Part shown: positions 28,764 through 37,141 of the stretch, one piece after another
How the letters are laid out: each line of letters begins with the position of its first letter
How positions within the stretch are numbered: the stretch's first letter is position 1
Assembly: GCA_026395515.1 (NCBI GenBank)
Contig: JAPLYN010000006.1
Location: 12,844 to 76,843 of the forward strand
Length of the DNA: 64,000 nucleotides
Reading direction: 5' to 3'
DNA from: Candidatus Peregrinibacteria bacterium
GTDB lineage: Bacteria; Patescibacteriota; Gracilibacteria; UBA1369; LOWO2-01-FULL-3
The notes under the pieces: model-generated
Databases searched by the model: none
What the model saw: only the letters and a program-made list of their open reading frames with translations
Told to the model about the DNA's origin: nothing
Translations under genes and position numbers: made by a program

Positions 28764-30155
28764 TTAACCAAACGGTTTATTAATCCAAACTACCGGTGCA
28801 CCCTTAGGATCATCAGGATTCAAATTTGTTCCATTCCTATGCATACGCCATTTATTACCTCCGTCGCCGCTGGCACAATCTGCAATCATTTTATCTTCAT
28901 CCTTCCAGCCCAAGAACATCGCACTATGTAATCCTCTCCAATATTGATTTCCATTATAATACCAAATCCAATCCCCTGGCTTCAAAATACTTTTCAACTG
29001 ATCAGGTTTTGCCTCATGTCCGCGATAATCACGACCGGAATAATGAGCCTGACCATTGAAAACCGTTCTTCCAATCGGCGAATTAAATCCCGCCATTCTT
29101 CTGATCTGCGCCACCCATTTTCCACAATCCGCAGCATGCTTAATTATATGACCTCTGTATTCATACGGTCCCTTAAATCCTTTCGGATATTTCTTCAAAG
29201 CAGCCGCAAACCCAATAGCAATCTCCACTAATTCTTTCACTTTAGGATTTTCGCCACATTTATCAATAATTCTCTTAATGTCTTCTTCGTCATATTCAGC
29301 AGAGAAATTCTTTCCACCTCTTTCCTTCAAAACTACATCATTTTCAACTAACTTATCCAAAAACTTTTTATCCTTATCAGCCTCTTCCGATTTATCATAA
29401 GCCGCATAGTCTAATTCTTTATTCCCATCTTTATCAGTCTTCGAAAATTTATCTTCAAAAGATTTATCCACACCACCGATCAACACTTCATCCCCAGTAA
29501 AAATCGGCATATACCCAGCATTATCAAAGAATCCATTTCCGGAATTCCCTTTAGCATTTCCGCTTCCAATATCAGCATTTCCTTTCAATCCCAATCTACG
29601 TGTACTGGTCCTCTGCATATCCTTAGTATTTTTTCCTCTATAATCCAAAGGATAAACTGTAATTTTTCTCACTGCAGCCGGCATCAAATCTCCCGCACCA
29701 ATTCTATCATAGGCTTCATTATTTCCATGAAAATCAATCTTCAATCTAAGCCCTTCAACTGGCTTTTTATATAATTCCCATTTTGCAAAATCTATTTTTT
29801 CTTTTGAGCCAACCACATCTGTAAAAGCATACAATAAAATTCCAGGATAAGCTTTCTCCAACTTCATCAAAGCCCTCACGCTCAATTGCTCAAGATCCAC
29901 TTTTTCCGCTCCATCCAAAACCTCCTTCAATTTCGGCAAATTATTAATATTTTTCTCAATAAGAGTTTTCCTATTCTGACTTTTCACAAGCTCCTTCGCA
30001 AAAGGATCAGCAATTTTTGCTCTTTCTTCTTTACCGGCAGCATCAATAGAACTTTTCTTTCTTTCAACTTTTCCCTCTTTTTTAACTTCAGACTTATCTT
30101 CACTCTTTTGCTCTACCTTGGCCTTTGGTGGTATTAACTTTTCTTTATCAGCCAT
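28764..30155 (-). CDS. Lys-rich protein with the shared unknown domain and a C-terminal NlpC/P60-like (papain-fold) putative cell-wall hydrolase domain
   Basis: C-terminal DCGKWV (candidate Cys) ... PGDWIWYY ... GLHSAMFLGW (candidate His), a pattern typical of NlpC/P60. The ORF is embedded between pyrE and pyrF with ~20-nt spacers. Confidence 0.5.
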   Translation of the reverse strand: MADKEKLIPPKAKVEQKSEDKSEVKKEGKVERKKSSIDAAGKEERAKIADPFAKELVKSQNRKTLIEKNINNLPKLKEVLDGAEKVDLEQLSVRALMKLEKAYPGILLYAFTDVVGSKEKIDFAKWELYKKPVEGLRLKIDFHGNNEAYDRIGAGDLMPAAVRKITVYPLDYRGKNTKDMQRTSTRRLGLKGNADIGSGNAKGNSGNGFFDNAGYMPIFTGDEVLIGGVDKSFEDKFSKTDKDGNKELDYAAYDKSEEADKDKKFLDKLVENDVVLKERGGKNFSAEYDEEDIKRIIDKCGENPKVKELVEIAIGFAAALKKYPKGFKGPYEYRGHIIKHAADCGKWVAQIRRMAGFNSPIGRTVFNGQAHYSGRDYRGHEAKPDQLKSILKPGDWIWYYNGNQYWRGLHSAMFLGWKDEDKMIADCASGDGGNKWRMHRNGTNLNPDDPKGAPVVWINKPFG

Positions 30156-30174
30156 AGAAATTCATTACAAGATA

Positions 30175-30840
30175 TTAGATGCCAAATTCTGCTCTGTAAA
30201 TTTTTATCTTTTCCATCATCGCTTCATCTATATACACCTGGCCGTTCACTTCTTTTCCATACAAAGACTCAATCACCTCATCTAGAGTCACAATTGAGAA
30301 GACTTTAACTCCGAGTTTCTCAATTTCCTCCAAAGCATTCTTCCCTTCATTATTTTTTTCCATTCTATTCATCGCAATCAACACTCCAAGAACTTTCGGA
30401 TTTCCATTAGTTTTCAAAAGTTCCAAAGTCTCGCGAATTGCCGTACCAGCTGTAATCACATCATCAATCAAAAGCACTTTTGTCTCCGCCCCAAGAGGAG
30501 CTCCCACCAACAATTTTCCTTCTCCGTGATCCTTCATTTCTTTACGATTAAAAGTAAAAGAAACTTCTTTTTTGAACTCGGAATGCAGCACTGCTGTCGT
30601 TACTACCGACAGAGGAATTCCCTTATAAGCAGGCCCGAAAATCACTTCCGCTTCTACGCCAGAATCGATAAATGCCTGAGCATAAGCTCTAGCTAATTCG
30701 CTAATTAATTCACCAGTATAAAAGCTTCCAACGTTCAAAAAGTAAGGAGCTTTTCTTCCACTTTTCAAAGTAAATTCTCCAAACTTCAAAGCCTGAGCCT
30801 TCACCAAAAGTTCTATAAAATCTTTTTTATACTGCTTCAT
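30175..30840 (-). CDS. pyrE: Orotate phosphoribosyltransferase
   Basis: 221 aa with a PRPP-binding motif (KVLLIDDVITAGTA). Confidence 0.92.
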   Translation of the reverse strand: MKQYKKDFIELLVKAQALKFGEFTLKSGRKAPYFLNVGSFYTGELISELARAYAQAFIDSGVEAEVIFGPAYKGIPLSVVTTAVLHSEFKKEVSFTFNRKEMKDHGEGKLLVGAPLGAETKVLLIDDVITAGTAIRETLELLKTNGNPKVLGVLIAMNRMEKNNEGKNALEEIEKLGVKVFSIVTLDEVIESLYGKEVNGQVYIDEAMMEKIKIYRAEFGI

Positions 30841-30843
30841 AAA

Positions 30844-31680
30844 TTACTTCGCCAATGGCTTAAAGAAATAATGTTTGCGGCCCTGAGCATCACGATGATA
30901 TTGCCCCATTTCAGGCAATTTCTTGAGATAACTCCACTTCATCACCGGACCTTTTTTACAGCAGAGATCACCTTTATCATCTATCGCACACTGTCCACAA
31001 ACTCCGATTCCGCACTTCATATATTTTTCCATCGACATATAAGCTTCCACTCCATGTTTTTCGGCCACTTGTCCCACCACTTTCATCATAACTTCCGGAC
31101 CACAAGTAAACACCTGATTAATTTTCTTTTCATCCATTACTTTATCCAAAACTTGAGTAATATATCCTTTAAATCCAGCTGAACCATCATCTGTAGAAAT
31201 ATGTAAATCAACTCCTAGTCCCAAAATTTTCTGACCATATAAAAGTAAATCCTTATTTCTCGCACCAATCAAAAACTCCACCTTACACTTCGCTTTTACC
31301 GCTTCATGAGCCACAAAATACATAGGCGCTGCACCATATCCACCAGCCACAAGAGCCAAATGTTCGCCAGCTTTAAATTTATAATGAGTTCCAAGTGGTC
31401 CACGCACTCCAACCTTATCCCCCACCTTTAATTCATGCATTTTTTGAGAAAAAGGCCCAACGGCACATATCGTCACCCAAAGTTCTTTTCCATCATCAAA
31501 GGCAATAGACATCGGCTTTTCATCAAAACCCGGAATCCACATCATGAGGAACTGCCCCGGCTTACCACCAATACTCGATTCAAATACAAAAGTCTTCGTC
31601 ATCTCGTTCTCCTGCACGATCTTGGCAATCGATAAGATCTCAAATCTTGAATCAAATTTTTTAATATTCATAGTTCTCAA
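30844..31680 (-). CDS. pyrK: Dihydroorotate dehydrogenase electron-transfer subunit
   Basis: FNR-like fold with a C-terminal 2Fe-2S cysteine cluster (CGIGVCGQCAI..LCC), adjacent to pyrD. Confidence 0.88.
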   Translation of the reverse strand: MRTMNIKKFDSRFEILSIAKIVQENEMTKTFVFESSIGGKPGQFLMMWIPGFDEKPMSIAFDDGKELWVTICAVGPFSQKMHELKVGDKVGVRGPLGTHYKFKAGEHLALVAGGYGAAPMYFVAHEAVKAKCKVEFLIGARNKDLLLYGQKILGLGVDLHISTDDGSAGFKGYITQVLDKVMDEKKINQVFTCGPEVMMKVVGQVAEKHGVEAYMSMEKYMKCGIGVCGQCAIDDKGDLCCKKGPVMKWSYLKKLPEMGQYHRDAQGRKHYFFKPLAK

Positions 31681-32598
31681 TTAATTGTGTACGCAGCCAA
31701 TAATCTCTTCCAAATCCTTCACGCCATTTTTATCGCACCACTCAGCCATTTCTTTGGCTACTTTGCCGAAGCCTTCAGCCCCACGATAGTAAACCATCGT
31801 TCCCATTCCCACTAGTGTCGCACCCGCCATCATAATTTCAATTGCATCCTCACCAGTCATAATTCCTCCAGTTCCAATTATCGGTAATTTTGTCGCTTTA
31901 TACACTTCATAAACCGCTTTCACCGCCGCCGGTTTAATTCCCGGACCGGACAATCCACCAGATTTATTTGTCAGAATAGGACGACGCACATTGATATCAA
32001 TTCCCATTCCATAAAGCGTATTGATCGCACAGAATCCATCCGCACCGGCATCCGCACAAGCCTTAGCAATTTCACCAATATTGAAAACGTTCGGAGTCAG
32101 CTTAATAATTATCGGTTTATTCGTCCTCGCCCTCACTGCCCGAGTCACTGCCGCCGCATCACCCGCCACACAAGCAAATGGCTTACCGTGGCTATCTTCC
32201 ACATTAGGACAAGCAATATTTACTTCAATAATATCTGGATCACATTTTGTAATTTCTTCAGCAAGCACACCAAAATCTTCAATACTTCCCGCCACAATAT
32301 TCGCAATAATCGGACCTGGTTTTCTTTTATTATATTCCGGGAAAGTCTCCTGAGCCGCCTTCTCCATTCCGGCATCAGAAAGCCCTACAGCATTGAGAAA
32401 ATAATTTTCTGTTCCATACATTGTAGGATTTTTATGTCCCACATTTTCCTTCAACCAAATTGATTTTGTCGTCACACCACCTGCACCTTTCCTAATCACG
32501 CTTTTTAAACTACTAGCAGTCACACCCAAAATTCCGGAAGCGAGCACCGTCGGATTCTTGAATTTCACTCCACAAAAATTTACTTCTAGATTTGCCAT
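31681..32598 (-). CDS. pyrD: Dihydroorotate dehydrogenase 1B, catalytic subunit
   Basis: MANLEVNFCGVKFKNPTVLASG...GG.SGP.IKP......IIGTGGI..G.DA.E. Confidence 0.93.
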   Translation of the reverse strand: MANLEVNFCGVKFKNPTVLASGILGVTASSLKSVIRKGAGGVTTKSIWLKENVGHKNPTMYGTENYFLNAVGLSDAGMEKAAQETFPEYNKRKPGPIIANIVAGSIEDFGVLAEEITKCDPDIIEVNIACPNVEDSHGKPFACVAGDAAAVTRAVRARTNKPIIIKLTPNVFNIGEIAKACADAGADGFCAINTLYGMGIDINVRRPILTNKSGGLSGPGIKPAAVKAVYEVYKATKLPIIGTGGIMTGEDAIEIMMAGATLVGMGTMVYYRGAEGFGKVAKEMAEWCDKNGVKDLEEIIGCVHN

Positions 32599-32604
32599 AA
32601 TTCT

Positions 32605-33990
32605 TTATTTAACAGGTTCAAACTCCACTTCCTTACCTACCTTTTTTCCAACAATCTTTCCGTTCTTATAAACTAATTCTCCGTTCACAAATGTCATAAT
32701 CGGACAGCCTTTGAAAGTGCTGCCAGCATACGGTGACCACTTACATTTTGTAAACAATTTTTCATTTTTTACTTCAAACATTTTTTCCATATCCACCACC
32801 ACTAAGTCCGCATCAAATCCAGCCTCAACTTGTCCTTTATTCTTCATACCAAAAATTTTCGCCGGACTTTCACAACACAATTTCACCACTTCTTTCATCT
32901 CCAATCCTCCATCATTTACAGCATTCAATAAAATCGGCAACAAAGTATCAAGCTCCGGAATTCCAGATGGAACATCCATATATTCCTGCTCTTTCTCTAC
33001 CAAAGTATGAGGCGCATGATCAGTCGCAATAATATGAACTTCCCCAAATTTCAAAGCCTTCCACATCGTAAACAAATCCATCTTACTTCTCACCGGTGGA
33101 TTCACCTTTATCAAATTTCCAAAAGTCGCGTAATCATCATCAGAAAGCAATAAATGATGCGGCGCCACTTCACAAGTAATGCGTGGCTGACCAGCTTCAT
33201 CCAAATTCTGATATTCCAATAACATCGTTAATTCCTGATCGCTAGACACATGAGCAACATGCAATCTCTTACCATTCTCTTTCGCCAATTCACAAAGAAA
33301 TTTCACCGCACTTACCGCACAATCAGCAGATCTTATTTTTGAATGAACAGACGGATCAATCACCGCTTCTTTCGGCACAATAAGTTTTCCATCATCATCA
33401 ATTCTTGCACCATATTCCGCCAAATATTCTAAAGCTTTTTCTTTAATCATTCCTTCATCCTCTGCATGAGCCACAATAAACTTATTACACTTCTTAAAAA
33501 GCTCGGCAATAGTCTCAGTTCCCACACCCATATTTCCTGTCGAATTAGCCACATAAACTTTCACCGCAGGAATATTTTCAGCCTTATTTATTTCGCTAAT
33601 ATTCTTGCCGTCAAAACCCATGTACAAGCCATAATTACAATATGCTTTCTTCGCCACTAATTTTCTTTTTTCTTCCAAATCTTTCACCGTCAAAATCGGC
33701 GGAACATTATTTGGCATGTCACAAATAGTCGTCACACCTCCAGCCACTGCGGCTTTAGTTCCAGTAGTCCAATCTTCTTTATATTTCTGGCCCGGCTCGC
33801 GCAAATGCACATGCACATCAATAAGCCCAGGCAAAATAATTTTTCCCTTACAATCTATAGTCTCATCCACTTCATGTTTCTGTCCCCAATCAAAAGTATT
33901 CACAATTTTTCCATCTTCAATAAGAACGTCAGCATCGTACACGCCTAGCGCGCATCCGACCTGCCCATTTTTTAGAAGAATTTTTGTCAT
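32605..33990 (-). CDS. pyrC: Dihydroorotase
   Basis: ..LPGLIDVHVHLREPG... amidohydrolase metal motif, 461 aa, between pyrB and pyrD. Confidence 0.9.
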   Translation of the reverse strand: MTKILLKNGQVGCALGVYDADVLIEDGKIVNTFDWGQKHEVDETIDCKGKIILPGLIDVHVHLREPGQKYKEDWTTGTKAAVAGGVTTICDMPNNVPPILTVKDLEEKRKLVAKKAYCNYGLYMGFDGKNISEINKAENIPAVKVYVANSTGNMGVGTETIAELFKKCNKFIVAHAEDEGMIKEKALEYLAEYGARIDDDGKLIVPKEAVIDPSVHSKIRSADCAVSAVKFLCELAKENGKRLHVAHVSSDQELTMLLEYQNLDEAGQPRITCEVAPHHLLLSDDDYATFGNLIKVNPPVRSKMDLFTMWKALKFGEVHIIATDHAPHTLVEKEQEYMDVPSGIPELDTLLPILLNAVNDGGLEMKEVVKLCCESPAKIFGMKNKGQVEAGFDADLVVVDMEKMFEVKNEKLFTKCKWSPYAGSTFKGCPIMTFVNGELVYKNGKIVGKKVGKEVEFEPVK

Positions 33991-33992
33991 AA

Positions 33993-34910
33993 TTAACCTT
34001 TAATCACTTTTTTCAAAAGCGCCATCCTAATCGCCACACCATTTCCCACCTGATGAAAATATCTCGCTCTTGGATCTGCATCCACTTCAACCGCTATATC
34101 TTCCACTCTTGGCAAAGGCTGCAATACAATCGCATGTTTCTTAGCTTTCTTCATAAGAGCAGCATCCACCACAAACACTCCAACAAATTTCTTATATTCC
34201 CTATCGCTCACAAATCTTTCTTTTTGAATTCTGCTAACGCTAATCACATCCACTTCTTTCACCATCTCTTCTGGAGTCGCCACTACTTTCGCGCTCGCTC
34301 CCATCTCCTTAAAAATCTCACTCGGCATCTCCAATCCTTTAGGAGAAACCAAGACGAATTTTACTTTAAAGTGTTTCAACAAACCAAATTGTGAATGTTG
34401 TACTCGGCTATTTTTCAAATCTCCAATCATTCCAATAGTAAGTCCATCAATCTTTCCGAATTCCTTCCAAATCGTATAGAGATCAAGCAAAGCCTGAGTC
34501 GGATGTTCATTCGAACCATCTCCAGCATTTATCACGGGCACGTCACTATACTTAGCGAGAATCGCCACAGAGCCAGGTTCCGGATGTCTCATTGCAATCA
34601 CATTCGCAATCTGTGAAACCACTTTTCCAGTATCTTCCAAGGTTTCCAATTTTCTCACTGAAGAAGTCTGCATCATGTCTGCATTGCTTACCACTCTTCC
34701 TCCAAGTCTTAACATCGCCGCTTCAAAACTAAATCTCGTTCTAGTCGAAGGCTCATAAAAAAGTGTCGCCATAATTTTTCCTTCCATCTCTTTTCCAAAC
34801 TTTCCACTCTTCACCAATTTCTCCATTTTTTTGGCTTCAGCAAACAAACTTAGCAATCCTTCCTTATCGAATTGCTGAGTAGACAAGATGTTTTGGCCTT
34901 TGAATTTCAT
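33993..34910 (-). CDS. pyrB: Aspartate carbamoyltransferase catalytic subunit
   Basis: ..FYEPSTRTRFSFE...HPTQALLD... Confidence 0.94.
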   Translation of the reverse strand: MKFKGQNILSTQQFDKEGLLSLFAEAKKMEKLVKSGKFGKEMEGKIMATLFYEPSTRTRFSFEAAMLRLGGRVVSNADMMQTSSVRKLETLEDTGKVVSQIANVIAMRHPEPGSVAILAKYSDVPVINAGDGSNEHPTQALLDLYTIWKEFGKIDGLTIGMIGDLKNSRVQHSQFGLLKHFKVKFVLVSPKGLEMPSEIFKEMGASAKVVATPEEMVKEVDVISVSRIQKERFVSDREYKKFVGVFVVDAALMKKAKKHAIVLQPLPRVEDIAVEVDADPRARYFHQVGNGVAIRMALLKKVIKG

Positions 34911-34976
34911 ACTTTCTTTTTAATCCTAAACACTTTAAAATAAAAAAGCGAATCTGTAAAGCTAACCAAAATAAAC

Positions 34977-35411
34977 ATGGAAATCAAAAACATCGACGAC
35001 CTCATGACCCAGCTCGGGAACTTTTTAAACACTTACTACTATTATGCGGTAGCAGCTGGAGTAATCATTACGATTATTATCGTTGTGATCGCCCTCAAAA
35101 TTCGTCTAAAAATTATTAACAAAGGCAAAGGAAAATCCGATTCTTCATCTGATGCCGGCAGTATGATTATGTCTCTTCTCATCGGCAGCAATCCGGAAAT
35201 TCTCAATCAAATGGTCGACGAAAAAGCTAAGCATAAAGAAAAAATCATCGAAGAAATTAAAAGATTCAGCAAAATCAAAGACTTCAAAAAAATAAATGAC
35301 AGCACTGCAGAAATTACAGTAGAAATCGACGGCGAAGAACACTGGTACCGCGCAAAAACCACAGCCGATGGACACAAACCAAAGATTCTTTCCCTAAGTA
35401 AAATTAAATAG
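34977..35411 (+). CDS. Small membrane-anchored hypothetical protein, 144 aa
   Basis: Single hydrophobic segment (YYYAVAAGVIITIIIVVIALKI). Divergent from pyrB. Confidence 0.55.
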   Translation: MEIKNIDDLMTQLGNFLNTYYYYAVAAGVIITIIIVVIALKIRLKIINKGKGKSDSSSDAGSMIMSLLIGSNPEILNQMVDEKAKHKEKIIEEIKRFSKIKDFKKINDSTAEITVEIDGEEHWYRAKTTADGHKPKILSLSKIK

Positions 35412-35420
35412 ACCAGAAGC

Positions 35421-35449
35421 TTGCATTCCCTAATAATTTAAGCTAAAAA
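35421..35449 (+). promoter_or_regulatory. Possible promoter upstream of carA
   Basis: TTGCAT (35421-35426), a 17-nt spacer, then TAAAAA (35444-35449). Confidence 0.35.
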
Positions 35450-35469
35450 TAAGTAAATTCAATTTCAGC

Positions 35470-36540
35470 ATGTCAAAAGCCACACTTATCCTTAAAGACG
35501 GCACTCGCCTCACTGGCGAAAGCTTCGGAGCAGACGTCGCGTCTGCGGGAGAGGTTGTTTTCAATACTGGTATGATGGGCTACCCAGAGAGCTTTTCTGA
35601 TCCTTCCTACACAGGACAGATCATGGTTCTTACCTATCCGCTTATTGGAAATTATGGAGTTGGTGCCGACAGCAAAGACAAAGACGGCGTAGAAAAAAGA
35701 TTTGAAAGTGGAAAAATTCACATCAAAGGACTTATCGTTAGCGAATATTCTGAAAACTACAGCCACTGGGATGCAAAAAAATCTCTCAGCACTTGGCTTA
35801 AAGAAAATAATATTCCAGCAATCACTGGAATAGACACTCGCGCTCTTACTCAAAAAATCCGTCAGACCGGTACTATTCTAGGAAAAATTGTTCCGGAAAA
35901 AGCTACTGACACTGAATTCTACAATCCCGACCTCGACAATCTAGTTGATCAAGTTTCTATCAAGAAACCTAAAGTTTACGAGAAAGGAAAAAAGAGAATC
36001 ATCTGCGTAGATTGCGGTATGAAAAACAACATTCTTCGCAATTTTCTCGATCGCGATGTCACTGTCGTGAGAGTTCCTTGGAATTATGACTTCATTGCTG
36101 CCGGCGAAAAGTTCGACGGAATTTTCTTGTCTAATGGTCCGGGCGATCCTTCTATGCTCACAGAACTTCACGCTATTGTCCGCAAAGCTATTGCTCTCAA
36201 AAAACCAATTTTTGGAATCTGTCTCGGCTGCCAAATTATGGCTCTCGCGACTGGCGCCAAGACTTATAAATTAAAATTCGGTCACCGTTCTCAGAATCAG
36301 CCATGTATAGACGTTGATACTGAACGCTGCTATATCACAAGCCAAAATCACGGCTTCGCTGTTGATGAAAAAACTCTTAAACCAGGCTGGCAAGTTTGGC
36401 TTCGCAATGCCAATGACCAGACAGTAGAAGGAATCAAGCACAAGACACTTCCCTTCTTCTCTTGCCAATTCCACCCTGAAGCAACTCCAGGTCCTACAGA
36501 CACAACAAAATTCTTCGATCAATTCGTAGACCTGTTATAA
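35470..36540 (+). CDS. carA: Carbamoyl-phosphate synthase small (glutaminase) subunit
   Basis: ..VFNTGMMGYPES.SDPSY.GQI....PLIGNYG...; GATase triad context (GICLGCQ, QFHPE). Confidence 0.94.
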   Translation: MSKATLILKDGTRLTGESFGADVASAGEVVFNTGMMGYPESFSDPSYTGQIMVLTYPLIGNYGVGADSKDKDGVEKRFESGKIHIKGLIVSEYSENYSHWDAKKSLSTWLKENNIPAITGIDTRALTQKIRQTGTILGKIVPEKATDTEFYNPDLDNLVDQVSIKKPKVYEKGKKRIICVDCGMKNNILRNFLDRDVTVVRVPWNYDFIAAGEKFDGIFLSNGPGDPSMLTELHAIVRKAIALKKPIFGICLGCQIMALATGAKTYKLKFGHRSQNQPCIDVDTERCYITSQNHGFAVDEKTLKPGWQVWLRNANDQTVEGIKHKTLPFFSCQFHPEATPGPTDTTKFFDQFVDLL

Positions 36541-36556
36541 AAAAATTACCCCAGAT

Positions 36557-36935
36557 ACCAAAAACCCACTGACGAATCAATGGGAAAGTTTTAGACAGCA
36601 AAGACGTTTTGTTTTACTGGGAGCTTTTATTTTTGTTTTATAATCCGGCCAAGGTTTAGTGTTGTTTTCAGCCGCACCACCGGCCGCCTGGGCTCTTCAT
36701 AGACTAAGTATCAATGACGATGACTTGCTAGAAGCAGGACGGTACTCAGAACTGTCTGAGCAGCTTCGGCTGTCTACCTAGGGCAGAGAACCATTCCTTA
36801 GCGAGGAAGGCAGAGCGAACGATATTTTTCATTCACTCCAGCTCTCATCGCTATGAGAGATTTTTTGTTTTTGTTTCGAGATCTTGAGTGTTAATGAGCG
36901 GTGCTTTTCTAGGGCATTTGATTTCTTTTGAAATC
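36557..36935 (-). ncRNA. Candidate ~380-nt structured ncRNA, copy 1 (family unknown)
   Basis: Minus-strand TTGACA (36968-36963), a 16-nt spacer, TATAGT (36946-36941). A 5' hairpin GATTTC-AAAA-GAAATC spans 36935-36920. The terminator hairpin at 36584-36565 has a UUCG loop and is followed by UUUUUGGU. There is no conserved ORF. Confidence 0.45.
36842..36872 (+). terminator. Plus-strand intrinsic terminator inside repeat copy 1
   Basis: CTCTCAT-CGCT-ATGAGAG followed by ATTTTTTGTTTTTG. It would end a carA transcript that carries a ~330-nt 3' UTR. Confidence 0.5.
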
Positions 36936-37141
36936 ACATCACTATAGCAGGTATGAGTTTATTGTCAAAAAACTATAGTGGACGAATAGCGTAAAGTATT
37001 GTAAAGCAACATTCCCTAAAGATATGCAAATCTTCCCCTTTTCATACTTCCCCACACTCTCCAAAACTTCTCAAGTCCTATCTTTTGACTTTTACACTCA
37101 AAAAAAATATCTTCAACCTCCTAAAATAACTTTTTGAACAC

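Larger units (their letters stand above)
36541..37025. repeat. Direct repeat copy 1 (~485 bp, non-coding)
   Basis: Colinear with 39263-39756 in long identical blocks, e.g. CCAAGGTTTAGTGTTGTTTTCAGCCGCACCACCGGCCG and GCTTCGGCTGTCTACCTAGGGCAGAGAACCAT. It begins at the first base after the carA stop. Confidence 0.9.

Noticed and set aside
35424-35433. The 10-mer CATTCCCTAA occurs upstream of carA (35424-35433) and at the distal end of repeat copy 1 (37010-37019). A related TTTTCCTAAA occurs in copy 2. It could be a shared operator.
   Set aside because: It is too short to be significant in 64 kb of AT-rich DNA without a motif search. There is no palindromic structure, and its distance to the start codons is inconsistent.
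36746-36832. A 28-codon minus-strand ORF conserved in frame in both repeat copies. Copy 1 (36832-36746) encodes MKNIVRSAFLAKEWFSALGRQPKLLRQF and copy 2 (39552-39466) encodes MKNIVRSSVPAKGWFSALGRQPKQLRQF. A GGAG lies 3 nt upstream. It could be a small protein or a type I toxin.
   Set aside because: All six nucleotide differences between the copies are non-synonymous, including L>P and E>G, and there are no synonymous changes. The changes also coincide with compensatory RNA pairs. That pattern fits RNA-structure constraint, not protein-coding constraint. The peptide is not hydrophobic like type I toxins. I keep it only as a low-probability alternative.
36541-37025. The repeat might be a known housekeeping RNA (tmRNA, RNase P RNA, SRP/4.5S RNA or 6S RNA).
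   Set aside because: On either strand I found no tRNA-like acceptor/T-arm with a CCA end, no tag reading frame, no GAAAGUCC-type P4 element and no SRP domain IV GGAA/AGCA motif. The length does not fit 6S or 4.5S RNA, and two diverged copies are atypical for these genes. This rejection is by eye only, so a covariance-model scan is still needed.
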